From contig CAVTHK010000016.1 in the NCBI GenBank assembly GCA_963734495.1, positions 224,001 through 288,000 of the forward strand: a DNA stretch of 64,000 nucleotides, in the 5' to 3' direction. Shown here one piece after another: positions 20,815 through 31,963 of the stretch (within the stretch, counting starts at the first letter, position 1; each line of letters begins with the position of its first letter). The stretch comes from an uncultured Spirochaetota bacterium. Lineage in GTDB: Bacteria > Spirochaetota > Spirochaetia > SZUA-6 > CAVTHK01. Under the pieces are notes generated by a model. The model was given only the letters and a program-made list of their open reading frames with translations, was not told where the DNA came from and did not search any database. The position numbers were made by a program, and so were the translations under genes.

Positions 20815-21696
20815 TCACCCGCGCTTCGGGTCGGAAACCGACTCCACGATGATGTTGACGCGATCCATGGCGATGCCGGTGTAGCCCTCGATGCTCTCGA
20901 TGATGTAGCCCTGCAGGTTTGCGACGAGAGCTGGGATCTCGACCCCGAACGGCACGAGGAGGTGAACGTCGATCGCGTAGCTCGGCGGCCCCTGCAGGAG
21001 CGTGATCCGGGTGACGCGGACCGAAGGCGCGTACTCGTCCACGCAGTGGGAAACCATCTGGCTCAGCGCCTGCTCCGAGATCGCGAACCGCCCCTGGGTG
21101 GAGTAGACCGGCCGCACGATGGTCTTCTCGAACACGTCGGGCTTGCGCATGAAGGGCAGCTTCTTCTTGAAGAAGATCCGGATGGCGTTGAAGAAGATCT
21201 GCGAATGGTGGCGCCGCACCTCGACCGCCGGAACGGGGATGATGTGCTTGCCTTCCTGGCGGCGCGCGCGCCGGGCGCGCTCGATCTCATCGGGGGTCGA
21301 GACCTCCTCGATCGTGAGGATCCGGCTCGGCGCGGGCAGGTCCAGGCGCTCGGCTATGCGCTGGACCATGCGCACGGAGGTGCCGAGCAGCAGCACGCGC
21401 GTGAACTTTTCGTGCGCGAGCTGCCGGCGCACGGCACCCGCCACGCGGGGGTCGCCGAAGAGGGCCGTCTTGATCGCCGTGTAGGCGCCCGGCGCCTCCT
21501 TGGCCGACTGGCCGGCGATGATCTTCTGGTCCCTGATGAGCAGGCCGTCGTCGACGATCAGGTCCGCCCCGTTCCTCTTCGCGATGAGCTGCGCCCGGAA
21601 GCTCTTCCCGGTGCCGGAGCTGCCCACCAGCGCGATCACCTGGATTCCCTTGAGCCTGTAGACCAGATGGTGGTAGAGGCTCTTGAGGACTCCCAT
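20815..21696 (-). CDS. P-loop NTPase-like plus Asp23/Gls24-domain protein
   Basis: ALVGSSGTGKSFRA, IVDDGLLI; C-terminal IEGYTGIAMDRVNIIV resembles Asp23. Confidence 0.7.
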   Translation of the reverse strand: MGVLKSLYHHLVYRLKGIQVIALVGSSGTGKSFRAQLIAKRNGADLIVDDGLLIRDQKIIAGQSAKEAPGAYTAIKTALFGDPRVAGAVRRQLAHEKFTRVLLLGTSVRMVQRIAERLDLPAPSRILTIEEVSTPDEIERARRARRQEGKHIIPVPAVEVRRHHSQIFFNAIRIFFKKKLPFMRKPDVFEKTIVRPVYSTQGRFAISEQALSQMVSHCVDEYAPSVRVTRITLLQGPPSYAIDVHLLVPFGVEIPALVANLQGYIIESIEGYTGIAMDRVNIIVESVSDPKRG

Positions 21697-22578
21697 CTAC
21701 CCTCCGAGGCGCAGGCGGGCGGAGCGGATCGTGTTGGCCATCAGCATCGCGACCGTCATGGGCCCGACGCCCCCGGGAACGGGCGTGATCAGGCCCGCGA
21801 TCTCGCGCACCGACTCGAAGTCGACGTCGCCGCACAGCCGCGCCTTGCCGGACTTGGTGGTGCCGACGCGGTGGATGCCGACGTCGATCACTGTCGCGCC
21901 CGGCTTGACCATGGCGGCGGTGACGAAGCGCGGCGTCCCCCCCGCGGCCACGATGAGGATGTCGGCGCGCCGCGTGTGCGCCGCGAGGTCGCGCGTGCGC
22001 GTGTGGCAGATCGTCACCGTGGCGTTGCCGCCGGGGGAGCGCGCGCTCAGCATGTTCGCGAGCGGCCGGCCCACCAGGAGCGAGCGCCCGACGACGACGA
22101 CGTCGGCGCCTTGGATCGTCACGCCGCTGCGCTCGAGCAGCTCGACCACGCCGGCCGGCGTGCAGGGCAGAAAGCGCGGCGCGCCGGCCAGAAGCCGGCC
22201 GAGATTCTCGGGGTGGAAGCAGTCGACGTCCTTGTCCGGCCGCACGGCCAGGACGACCCGCTCCTGGTCGATCTGCTTCGGAAGCGGGCTCTGCACCAGG
22301 ATGCCGTCGATGAGGGGGTCGGCGTTGCAGCGCTCGATCAGGCGCACGAGATCGGAGGTGTCCACGGTGGAAGCGACGTTCTCCTGGACCGAGTGAAACC
22401 CGAGCTGCCGCGCGCGCGCCTGCTTGCCCGTCACGTAGCTCACGGAGGCGGGATCGTCGCCGACGAGGATCGTGGCGAGCCCGGGCGGCCGCCCGTGGTC
22501 GCGGACGAGAGCGGCGACCGCGGTCCTTTGCTCCCCCTCGATTTCGGCGGCGATACGGGTCCCATCGATGAGCGCCAT
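21697..22578 (-). CDS. folD: Methylenetetrahydrofolate dehydrogenase/cyclohydrolase
   Basis: LVGDDPAS, KDVDCFHP, PCTPAG, VIDVG, ITPVPGGVGPMT. Confidence 0.96.
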   Translation of the reverse strand: MALIDGTRIAAEIEGEQRTAVAALVRDHGRPPGLATILVGDDPASVSYVTGKQARARQLGFHSVQENVASTVDTSDLVRLIERCNADPLIDGILVQSPLPKQIDQERVVLAVRPDKDVDCFHPENLGRLLAGAPRFLPCTPAGVVELLERSGVTIQGADVVVVGRSLLVGRPLANMLSARSPGGNATVTICHTRTRDLAAHTRRADILIVAAGGTPRFVTAAMVKPGATVIDVGIHRVGTTKSGKARLCGDVDFESVREIAGLITPVPGGVGPMTVAMLMANTIRSARLRLGG

Positions 22579-22674
22579 GGCTCCACAATAGGCAGCCGCC
22601 TCAAAGGGGTCAAGGTGAAGGAAGGACGCCGGCCGTCTCGCCGCAGCCGCAAGCGCGCGCAGGCCCGGGTGAGC

Positions 22675-23930
22675 CTAGTGGCGGAAGGCGCGCTCGCCGG
22701 TAAACACCATCGCGACGCCGGCCTCGTTGCACGCCTCGATGCAGTCCCAGTCGCGCAGCGAGCCGCCGGGCTGGGCGATGGCGGCGACGCCCTCGCGGAC
22801 GCCGACTTCGATCCCGTCGCGGAAGGGGAAGAAGCCGTCGGAAATCATGGCGCTGCCGGGGATCCCGCCGCGCGCCCGCGTCACCTCGGCGTCGATGGCG
22901 GCGCGCGTGTCGCGGTCCGCGAGCTCGTTGTAAGCCGTCGCGTGACGCTCCCAGGCGAGGCGGTCGGCCATCTTGCGGTAGGCCTTGTCGCGCGCGATCT
23001 CCGCGACGCCGACGCGGTCCTGCTCGCCGGTGCCGATGCCGACGGTGACGCCGTCCTTGACGTAGATGACGGAGTTGCTGGTGACCCCGCTCTCGATCAG
23101 CCACCCGAAGATCAGGTCGTCGAGCTCCGCGGGCGTCGGGCTCCGCTTGACCCGGTACGCGCGGCCCTGGTGCTGGGCCTCGGCCGGAAGGAAATCCGCA
23201 GCCGTGCGCACCGCAGGCGCGTAGGACCACTGCAGCACGAGCCCGCCGTCCACGAGGGCCCGGAAGTCGAGGACGCGCTCGCCGACGTAGTCGCCGAGGC
23301 GTTTCATGTTGCCGATGCGCATCACCCTGAGGTTCTTCCAGCGCGCGAAGACGTCCAGCACGCCCGCGGCGAACTCGGGCGCGGCCACCACTTCCGCGTA
23401 GCTCGCGGCCACCATCTCGGCTGTCGGGAGGTCGATTTCGCGGTTGACGACGATCGCCCCGCCGAACGCAGCCACGCGGTCGGCCATGTACGCGCGCCGG
23501 TAGCTCTCGGCAAGGGTGGCCCGCCTTCGCGACCCCGCACGGGTTGTTGTGCTTGATGATGACGGTGGCCGGCGTGTCCGCAAAGTAGCGGAGGATGGCG
23601 AGCCCGCTGTCGACGTCGGTGATGTTGAGCTTGCCCGGGTGCTTGCCCGACTGCAGGAGCTCGGCGTCGGAGGCGAGCCAGCGGCCCGGGGCGATCGAGG
23701 TCACTTCGCCGAGGGTCAGGTTGCCGTTCGCGAGCCTGTAGAGCGCCGCAGGCTGGCTCGGGTTGTCGCCGTAGCGCAGCCCCTTGCGCTCGCCTTCGAC
23801 CGTCCAGGTGACCTTCTCGTAGATGAGAGTCTGCTTCCCGCGCTCGTCGACGAGGCTGATCTCGAGCCGTTGCGGGAAGCTCTCGTCGACCATCGTGCGG
23901 TACGCGTCCCTCAGGCGTGCGCGGCTTCAT
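22675..23930 (-). CDS. purH: Stand-alone AICAR transformylase (PurH C-terminal part); frameshifts near 23915 and 23520
   Basis: LRYGDNPSQPAA, IIKHNNPCG, AFGG, SNSVI, GTGEQDRV, SDGFFPFRDG, QPGGS, FTGERAFRH; own ATG with GGAGG SD. Confidence 0.85.
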
Positions 23931-24626
23931 GCTCCCGCCTCCAGCGCGTAGCAGGAGGCCACGTCCGCGAAGGCGCGGTCCGCGAGGTAGCGGGCGATCG
24001 CCCGCGTCGTACTCGGCGGTGTGGGCGAACGCCCTCTGCGCGAGGCGATAACGGGTGGCCAGAGTGAGCGCCCCGCCGCGCGAGCGCAGCTCGGCGAGCA
24101 CGCCCGCGTAGTCAGCCGGGTCGACGAGCGCCGCGACCCGGAGAAAGTTCTTGGCGGCGGCGCGGATCATGCACGGGCCGCCGATGTCGATGTTCCCTCT
24201 CGCCGTCTCGGGGGTCGCTCCCGGCTTGCGGATCGCCTCGGAGAAAGGGTACAGGTTGCCGACGACCATGTCGAAGGCCACGGCCCCGGCCCGGCGCAGG
24301 TCGGCCGCGTGATCGGGGTTGTAGGTCTCGCTCAGCAGCCCGAGGTAGACGCGGAAATCCAGCGTCTTGACGAGGCCGCCCTGCATCTCCGGCTGTCCGG
24401 TGTACTCGCTGACGGCGACGAGCCGGCCCGCGGCGTCCGCGCCGAGCAGGCGCGCGATCTCGCGGTAGGTGCCGCCGGTCGAGTAGAAGACGATGCCGGG
24501 GCACGCCTCCATCAGGGACGGGACGAGGCCGTCGAGACCGCTCTTGTCGGCGACGCTCACGATGGCCCGGCGCACGGGCACGAGGTCGTCGGCGCGGCTC
24601 ACCGTGTTGAGCTGCTCGAGGCTCAT
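23927..24626 (-). CDS. Stand-alone IMP cyclohydrolase (PurH N-terminal MGS-like domain); frameshift near 24003
   Basis: AIVSVADKSG, STGGT, PEMQGGLVKTL, GNLYPF, NIDIGGP, RAAAKNF; ends ...YALEAGA-TGA overlapping the next ATG. Confidence 0.85.
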
Positions 24627-25732
24627 TCCCGCACCCACTCGGCGAAGTTCGGCGCGGAGTAGGATGCTGTGCCAGAGCCCGGAGCCGGCGGTCAGCGCGA
24701 AGACCAGAGTGGGCGACCGCGGCCGGGTCCACGTAGAAGTCGATCACGTCGCCGTTGTAGAGCTCGGTGTCGGTCGTGTCGACGAGCCGGTGGTTCGAGC
24801 CCACGCGCCCGTCGTGACCAGCTGGTAGGCCCGTGCTCCATGCTCCCGATGACGATGTTTCCGCCACTCGGGCGACGCTCCGACCTCGCCGATACGGTTG
24901 AACCGGACGGTCGTCCCGGAGACCTCGATGCCGGTGACTCCGGTCCAGCTCGCCGGGTTGTTGCCGGTCGGCGGTCTGCAGCAGGTCGCCGTCCTGAGTC
25001 GCGAGGTAGTACCTGCGCCGCACCCCGGCGAGTAGTACACGCCCCCGATGATCGCGCCCCCGACAGCGCCGGGCGTGGCGTCGGTGGTCATGGTCCCGGC
25101 CGCCGCGTCGCCGCGGATCAGCTGCGTCGAAACCGCCGCATAATACTCCGCCCCATCAAAGGTGACCTGGTTCACGGGCTTGCCTTTGCCGCTGATCCCG
25201 GTCGGGTCGAAGCTGCCGGACGCCCCGCTCGCAGACGAGTACAGGGAATAGCTCGTCTCCGACTCCATGGTGGCTGCGAACAGTCGCGGTCCTGCGACGA
25301 AGAGCCCTGTGACCTGCTTGCCGTCGACATCGCTGTCGGTCACCTGGGTCCAGACCGGCTGGGCCGCGGCCGTCCCGGTCCACAGCTCGCCCACGCTGCC
25401 CGAAAGCGTGGCGGCATACAGCGTTCCCACCGTACACGCACGAGCGCCGTGCAGGAGTCGGTCCCCGAGGGGAGCCGCACCTTGGTCCAGGTCGTGCCGG
25501 TTGTCGGCCGCTGCCACATCGAGCCGCCGAGGGAAACGAAATAGAAGCCGCCGGCGGAGCCCATGCCCAGGATCGTCGAGTTGTTGTCCAGCGAGTAATC
25601 GATCACCGGCTGCTCGTTCTCGACGAAGTAGAAGATGGCCGTGTCGTTGTTGGTGCACGCGGCGAGCGCGGCGGCGGCAACGGCCGCCGCAAGAAGGACT
25701 CGCGCAAGGGGGATCTCAAACAGGCGTCGCAT
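24623..25732 (-). CDS. Lipoprotein, probably beta-propeller; several frameshifts
   Basis: MRRLFEIPLARVLLAAAVAAAALAAC lipobox; Gly/Thr-rich strands with W-T motifs; TGA overlaps ATG 24626. Confidence 0.65.
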
Positions 25733-25822
25733 TCGAAACCTCGGCAATCAGCCTGTCGGACCTGCCGCAGGCCGTCATTCCCGCCGCTCCGGCGGGTCCG
25801 GGCGCGGCGAACCGCGCCCGAT

Positions 25823-26461
25823 CTAGAAATTGTAGAACACGCTGGGCGAGATCATGAGAAAGTTGCCCATCCGGGCCTGCGATGGATCCTGGCTCGAAGT
25901 GGTGGACTGGAAATCGAGCCACCACGTGAGGTTCAACCCGAAGGACCAGTTGGAGTCGTAGCGCCAGTAGCCCGCCACACCCGGTTTGAGGATGAAGTCG
26001 ACGTGCGACCACTCGCGGTAGCGCACGATGCTGATGCCGGCCCCGAGGTAAAAAGGAAACTCGAAGCGGGACACGCCGAGCACGTAGGCGACCTTCGCGG
26101 TGATCGGCATGAGGAACAGCGTGTGGTCGTTGGGGCTGCGCGCAAAGGAGCCGGCGAGGTCGAGCCCGATGCGGAGGTTGGGGTTCAGGTAGGCGGCCCA
26201 CTGCAGCTCCCCCATGCCGCCGAGGGTCAGGTTCGTGGGGAAGGCGGAGCCGCCGAACTCCTGGAAGAAGAGCGGCACCATCATTCCCGCCGAGAGCGCC
26301 AGGGTCTGGTCTCCGAGCTGGTGCCCTTCCATCTCCAGGACGCTCTTCTTCTTGTCGCCCGGCTGCTGCCCCTCGGGAGGCGGCTGGTCCGACTGGGCGA
26401 AGACAAAGGCTCCGGCAGTCAGCAAGATCGCGGCGACCCAGGTTCTCGATTGAAGTCTCAA
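25823..26461 (-). CDS. TP0733-like small outer-membrane beta-barrel protein
   Basis: Signal peptide, GDQ motif, alternating amphipathic strands, terminal YNF. Confidence 0.75.
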   Translation of the reverse strand: MRLQSRTWVAAILLTAGAFVFAQSDQPPPEGQQPGDKKKSVLEMEGHQLGDQTLALSAGMMVPLFFQEFGGSAFPTNLTLGGMGELQWAAYLNPNLRIGLDLAGSFARSPNDHTLFLMPITAKVAYVLGVSRFEFPFYLGAGISIVRYREWSHVDFILKPGVAGYWRYDSNWSFGLNLTWWLDFQSTTSSQDPSQARMGNFLMISPSVFYNF

Positions 26462-26558
26462 GCGTGTCTCCCACAGGAATCGGCGGGCCCGGGCTGCGCG
26501 ACCGGCCGCGGATGCCTATGCGTGCGCGCGCTCCACCCCGCCGGGACGGGCAAGGCGC

Positions 26559-26587
26559 ATACTACCACCGGGGGAGTCCTTTATCAA
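26559..26587 (-). promoter_or_regulatory. Sigma70-like promoter upstream of the OMP-lipoprotein-purH run
   Basis: TTGATA-17nt-TAGTAT on the minus strand. Confidence 0.6.
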
Positions 26588-26633
26588 CAGCAGCCCCCCG
26601 CCTGCCCCCCGCCGGGCAGCAGCAGGCAGGGCG

Positions 26634-27524
26634 CTACCCGTAGACCCTCCGCGCGATGCGGTAGGTGGCCGCATACGCGGCGACGCTTTCGTCGATCGGC
26701 TCGGCGTAGCCGCCGCCGAGCGCGAGCGAGACGGGGACGCCGCGCGCGCTGCAGGCGGCAAGCACCATCTCGTCCCGGGCCTCGAGCGCACGCGCGCTGA
26801 GCGACAGGCGGCCGAGGCGGTCGGCCGCGAGCGCATCCACTCCGGCCAGATAGAGCACGATCTCCGCGTCCAGCGCCGCGGGCAGGTGCTCCGCGAGAGC
26901 ATCGAGGTACTCCGCGTCCGTCGTTCCGTCGGGCAGGGCGACGGCGTCGCCCGCGAGCACCTTGCGCACCGGGTAGTTCTTCTCGCAGTACATGTCGAGG
27001 ATCGAGACCCCCGGGACGCCGCCGAGCAGAGCCCCGTTCCCGTCGCCCTGGTGCACGTCGAGGTCGATGACCGACACCCGCCTGACCCTCCCGCGGGCGA
27101 GGAGCGTGAGCGCGACCACAGCCAGGTCATTGAAGACGCAGAAACCGGCGCCGGCGTCCCGGCGCGCGTGGTGCGTCCCGCCGCCCAGGTTGCCCGCGAT
27201 CCCGTCCTCGAGCGCGGCTTCGGCCGCGGCCAGGGAGCCCCCGACCGAAGCGCACGACCGCAGGTACAGCTCGCGGCTCCAGGGCAGACCGATCGCCCGC
27301 TCGATCGCGCGGTCGAGCGACCCGCGGGCCAGAGCCTCGACGTAGGCGGGGTCGTGCGCCGCCTCGAGCAGCGCGTGGTCGGCGAGGGGCGCGGGCTCGA
27401 AATCATCCGCGGTGAGCGTGCCCTCGGCGAGCAGGCGCTGCCTGAGCAGCCGATACTTCGACGCCGGAAACCTGTGGCCGGGCGGAAGGGGGAGAGCATG
27501 GTGGTCGGACGTGAAGACCCGCAC
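26634..27524 (-). CDS. Histone deacetylase family (Zn-dependent) hydrolase
   Basis: HRFP, GGGTHHA, GFCVFND, DLDVHQGDG, DRLG, GGGY. Confidence 0.92.
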   Translation of the reverse strand: MRVFTSDHHALPLPPGHRFPASKYRLLRQRLLAEGTLTADDFEPAPLADHALLEAAHDPAYVEALARGSLDRAIERAIGLPWSRELYLRSCASVGGSLAAAEAALEDGIAGNLGGGTHHARRDAGAGFCVFNDLAVVALTLLARGRVRRVSVIDLDVHQGDGNGALLGGVPGVSILDMYCEKNYPVRKVLAGDAVALPDGTTDAEYLDALAEHLPAALDAEIVLYLAGVDALAADRLGRLSLSARALEARDEMVLAACSARGVPVSLALGGGYAEPIDESVAAYAATYRIARRVYG

Positions 27525-27633
27525 GACTCCCGCTCAGTATAGCGATGCGGGCGAAGCGGGGGCAATCGACCCGTGGACAGGGGTCCCGCTCGCAGTTGAA
27601 GAACCGGGAACCCGCTGCTATGATGCGGCCGTC

Positions 27634-28975
27634 ATGCGACGCTCCGGAGGGTCGTTGCTGGCGGTGCTGCTTCTCGCGGCAGGCTGCGCCACTCCTCCCG
27701 CCGCGCCCCCGGTGTTGCCCCCTCCAGCGCCGCCCGCGGCCCCGCCGCCCCTGGCCGCGGCTCCACCTCCGGCCCCGGCGGCACCGCAGGCCCCGCGCGC
27801 GGTCCCTCCGCGGGCGGCGGCCCCGAGCGCCCCGGGCCCGGACCGCGACCTGGCGAAGATCGTCTCGCAGATGAGCCTCGACCGCCGCATCGCGCAGCGC
27901 CTGGTGTGCTGGATATCGGGCACCGAGCCCGGAGACCGCAACGAGCGGCTCGTCAAGGACCTCGGGCTGGGCGGGGTCATCCTGAACGGGAACAACGTGC
28001 GCAGCGCGGAGCAGGTCTCCGAGCTGGTCGCGTCGCTTCAGTCGGCGGCCGCCGAGTCGTCGCCGGCCGTGGGCCTGTTCGTGGCCGTGGACCAGGAGGG
28101 CGGCCGCGTCACGCGGCTGCGCTTCGACATGATGTCCCGGTTCCCCGCGCAGGCGCAGTGGGCGGCCCACCGGGACGCGCTCTTCGTGGCTGCCGCAGCC
28201 TATGTCACGAGCGTCGAGCTCCGCGAGCTCGGCATCAACATGAACTTCGCGCCGGTGCTGGACCTCTACGGACGCCCCGACGACACCGTGATCGGCGACC
28301 GCTCCTTTGGCCCGGACCCGGCGGCGACGGGGCAGCTGGGAGCGCGGTACATCGAGGCCGCGGCGCGCGCCGGGATCGTGGCCGTCCCCAAGCACTTCCC
28401 CGGCCACGGCGAGAGCGACACGGATTCCCACCGGTCGCTCCCGGTCGTCGAGACCCCGCGCCGGGAGCTGGAGGCGGGTGCCCTGGTCCCCTTTCGCGCG
28501 GCGATCGCCGCGGGGGCCGACGCCGTGATGACCGCTCACGTCCTCTACCGGGACGCTCGACCCGGAGCTGCCGGCCACGCTCTCGCGCCGGATCGTCACG
28601 GACCTTCTCCGCCGGGAGATGGGATTCCGCGGCGTCGTGATCTCCGACGCGCTGGAGATGGCCGCCCTGGAGCGCGGACGCCCCATAGACGTCATCCTGA
28701 AGCAGGCGATCAAGGCGGGGGTGGACGTCCTGCTCGATCGGAGGACGCTACGAGCCCGCCGAGCTGGTGGCTTCGGTACGAGGCATGGTCGAGCGCGGGG
28801 AGGTCACGCAGCAGGAGATCGACGAAGGAGTGCTGCGCATCCTCGAGCTCAAGCGCAGGCGCGGGCTGCTGGGCGGGACACCGCACCCGAGACCGCGGCC
28901 GTCGCTCCGGCGCCGCAGCCGGCCCCCGCGCCCGCGGCGCCGCTCCCCGCCGGGCCCGCGGCAGGGAGCCGTTGA
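27634..28975 (+). CDS. nagZ: GH3 beta-N-acetylhexosaminidase lipoprotein; frameshifts near 28555 and 28745
   Basis: Lipobox LLLAAGC, Pro-rich linker, VDQEGGRV, NFAPVLD, DRSFG, KHFPGHG..DSH, GFRGVVISDAL; 3' end approximate. Confidence 0.85.
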
Positions 28976-28999
28976 GGACGCGGGGGATCAGGAGGGACG

Positions 29000-29527
29000 A
29001 TGGGCGAAGCGCGGGTCGGCATCGTGATGGGCAGCGACTCGGATCTTCCGGTCATGGCCGACGCCGCTCAGGCGCTCGAGCAGCTCGGCGTCGCGGTGGA
29101 GGTCGTGATCGCGTCGGCGCACCGGACTCCGGACCGGGCCGCGCAGTATGCCCGCGAGGCGCGCGGCCGCGGCCTGCAGACGCTGATCGCCGGCGCCGGC
29201 GGCGCCGCTCACCTCGCGGGGGTGCTGGCGGCGCTGACCCCGCTCCCCGTGATCGCGGTCCCGGTCAAGGCGGGCTCGCTCGACGGTCTGGACAGCCTCC
29301 TGTCCATGGTGCAGATGCCGCGCGGCGTGCCCGTGGCCACGGTCGGCATCAACGCCGCCTGGAACGCGGGGCTGCTGGCCGCCCGGATCCTTGCCGTCAG
29401 GGACGAGGCCCTTTCGCAGCGGCTCTCCGCCTACATGGCCGAGCTGGCACGCGGTGTCGAGGAGCGCGCGGCGAAGCTGGAGGAGATGGGCTACAAGCGC
29501 TACCTCGAGCAGAAACTGAAGAAGTAG
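29000..29527 (+). CDS. purE: N5-CAIR mutase
   Basis: IVMGSDSD, SAHRTP, AGAGGAAHL, SMVQMPRGVPVATV. Confidence 0.96.
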   Translation: MGEARVGIVMGSDSDLPVMADAAQALEQLGVAVEVVIASAHRTPDRAAQYAREARGRGLQTLIAGAGGAAHLAGVLAALTPLPVIAVPVKAGSLDGLDSLLSMVQMPRGVPVATVGINAAWNAGLLAARILAVRDEALSQRLSAYMAELARGVEERAAKLEEMGYKRYLEQKLKK

Positions 29528-29550
29528 GCCGCCGCGGCCGGCCCGCCGAC

Positions 29551-31343
29551 CTACAGAGGGCGCGTCTCGCGCGCGAGCCAGGCCGCGGCCTCGGCCTCCA
29601 GGAGCGGCGCGAGCGTGGCGCGCACGCGCTCGTGGTACGCGTTGAGCCACGCACGCTCGCCGGCGTCGAGGAGCCGCGGCTCCACCAGACGCAGGTCGAT
29701 GGGGCAGAGCGTCAGGGTCTCGAATCGCAGGAACCCGCCGCTCTCGCCGCTCAGGTTCTCGGCGCGCTGGACGAGCGCGAGGTTTTCCGTCCGCAGCCCG
29801 AAGTGCCCCGCCCGGTAGTAGCCGGGCTCGATCGACAGCACCATGCCCCGGGACAACCCCGCGGCAAAGCCCGACACCGGCGAGATGCTCTGCGGCCCCT
29901 CGTGCACGCAGAGATAACTGCCCACGCCGTGTCCCGTGCCGTGGCCGTAGTCCAGCCCCCGCTCCCACAGCGGGAGCCTCGCCAGGGTGTCGAGCTGCAC
30001 GCCCTTGGTGCCCTCCGGAAAGACCGCCGCGGCGAGCCGGATGTGCCCCTTGAGCACGAGCGTGAACAGCTCGCGCTGCTCCGCCGACGGCTCGCCGAGC
30101 GCGACCGTGCGCGTGATGTCGGTGGTGGCGTCGAGATACTGGCCGCCGGAATCGAGCAGGTAGATCCCGCGCGGCTCGCAGCGCGGCGTCCGTCTCCGGC
30201 GCCGGCTTGTAGTGGACGACGGCGCCGTGCTCTCCGTACGACGAGATCGTCGCGAAGCTCGGCCCCCGGTACAGCGGGTCCATGCCGCGGAAGGTCTCGA
30301 GGCGCGCGGCCGCTGAGAGCTCGGTGACCCGCTGCGACGGCACCGCGCTCTGGAGCCACCGGAAGAAGCGGATCATCGCCAGCCCGTCGCTCACGTGCGC
30401 CCGGCGCGCGCCGGCGATCTCGGAGTCGTTCTTGACCGCCTTCATCATCGACAGGGGAAGGCGGCGCAGCAGCGACGTGCCCGCGTCCCGCACGACACGC
30501 GCGACCGCCTGGCTCGCGCCCGGATCGACCCACACGGGCGAGAGCTCGGCTGCGGTGCGCCCGAGCTCGGCCGGGAAGCTGTCGTACGGCAGGATCCTGG
30601 CGGCGCCCTCGAGGGCGGACCTGATATCCGGCGAGACTTTGGCCGGGTCGATGAAGAGCGTCGCATCCCGCGCCGTGACAAGCGCGTATGCGATCGCGAG
30701 CGGGTTGTAGTCGATGTCGGCCCCGCGCAGGTTGAACAGCCAGGCGATCGAGTCGAGCGAGGTCACCGCGAGGCTGCGCGCGCGGGCCGCCGCCATGGCC
30801 GAGCGCAGCCTGCGCAGCTTGTCGGCAACGCTCTCGCCCGGCGTACTCGATCCGCTGCGGCACCGCGGGCGCCGGCGGCAGCGCGGGCCGGTCGCTCCAG
30901 AGGGCGTCCACGAGGTTTTCGTCGATCCAGCTGACGTCGATCTTCGCCGGCTCGAGCGCGGCCTCGAGATCCCGCGCCTCTTCCGCGGACAGCAGGGCGG
31001 GGTCCGCGCCGACCCGGTCGCCGGCCGCGAGGGCTCCCGCGAGCCACTCGTGCACGTGCGGGGTCCCGGGAAGGCCGATGCGGAAGAGCTCGATGCCCGA
31101 CCCGCGAGCTCGCGCTCGGCCTGCAGAAAGTAGCGGGAGTCGGTCCACAGGCCGGCGCGGTCGCGCGTCACCGCGACGTCTCCCCGGGAGCCGGTGAATC
31201 CGCTGAGCCAGCGCCGCCTCTGCCACGCGCGTCGGAACGTACTCGCTCTGGTGCGGGTCGGTGCCCGGCACCAGGTAGGCCTGGCAGCCTCTGCCTTCCA
31301 TCGCGGCGCGCAGCCGCGCCACGCGTTCGGCGTAAACGCTCAT
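29551..31343 (-). CDS. Aminopeptidase P family (M24B); about 4 frameshifts
   Basis: DPHQSEY, WTDSRYFLQA, AWLFNLRGADI, HGTGHGVG..L.VHEGP, SIEPGYY, WLNAYH. Confidence 0.9.
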
Positions 31344-31486
31344 GCCTGCTCCCCCCGGGTCCCGCCCTGCGGGTCCGAAGCTCATAATATCCCCGCGCCC
31401 GCGCGGCTCGGAAAGCCTGCCTCTTGTACGTGGATGGCCTGCGTCGCGCTTGATGTTGCCCGACGCTTTCGGGTAGCTTTACAGGC

Positions 31487-31906
31487 GTGCGGACGGTGCT
31501 CGTTTTCGGCACGTTCGATGTCGTCCACCCCGGGCACATCTACTTTCTCCAGCAGGCGCGCAAGCGCGGCGACCGCCTCGTGGCATCGGTCGCGAGGGAC
31601 AGCTTCGTGACGCGCTTCAAGGGCAGGCGCCCCGTTCACACCGAGGACGAGCGGCTGCGGCACGTGCTGGACACCGGGCTCGTGGACGATGCCTTCCTCA
31701 GCGACGAGGAGACCGGCACCTACAGCGCCATCCGCCGGCTGCGGCCCGAGGTGATCTGCCTCGGGCACGACCAGGACGCGCTGGGAGAGAATCTCGTGGA
31801 CTGGATGAGGGACGAGGGCGTGGAAGCCTCGGTCGAGACGATCGACGCCCTCGAGCCCGGCCGCTACAAGTCCTCGATCCTGAACGCCGGCCGCCGGCGT
31901 CGGTAG
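31487..31906 (+). CDS. Cytidylyltransferase family (RibL-like FAD synthase)
   Basis: FGTFDVVHPGH (HxGH), VARD, ICLGHDQ, YKSS. Confidence 0.75.
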   Translation: MRTVLVFGTFDVVHPGHIYFLQQARKRGDRLVASVARDSFVTRFKGRRPVHTEDERLRHVLDTGLVDDAFLSDEETGTYSAIRRLRPEVICLGHDQDALGENLVDWMRDEGVEASVETIDALEPGRYKSSILNAGRRRR

Positions 31907-31963
31907 GTGCGGGCCGCGCGGCCCGGCCGCGCGCACATTCCAAGGAAGGGCGGGAAGAAAGTA

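Noticed and set aside
26462-26558. ZMP/ZTP (pfl) riboswitch ahead of the run containing purH
   Set aside because: The leader is GC-rich but I could not match the conserved pfl elements; an Infernal search would settle it.
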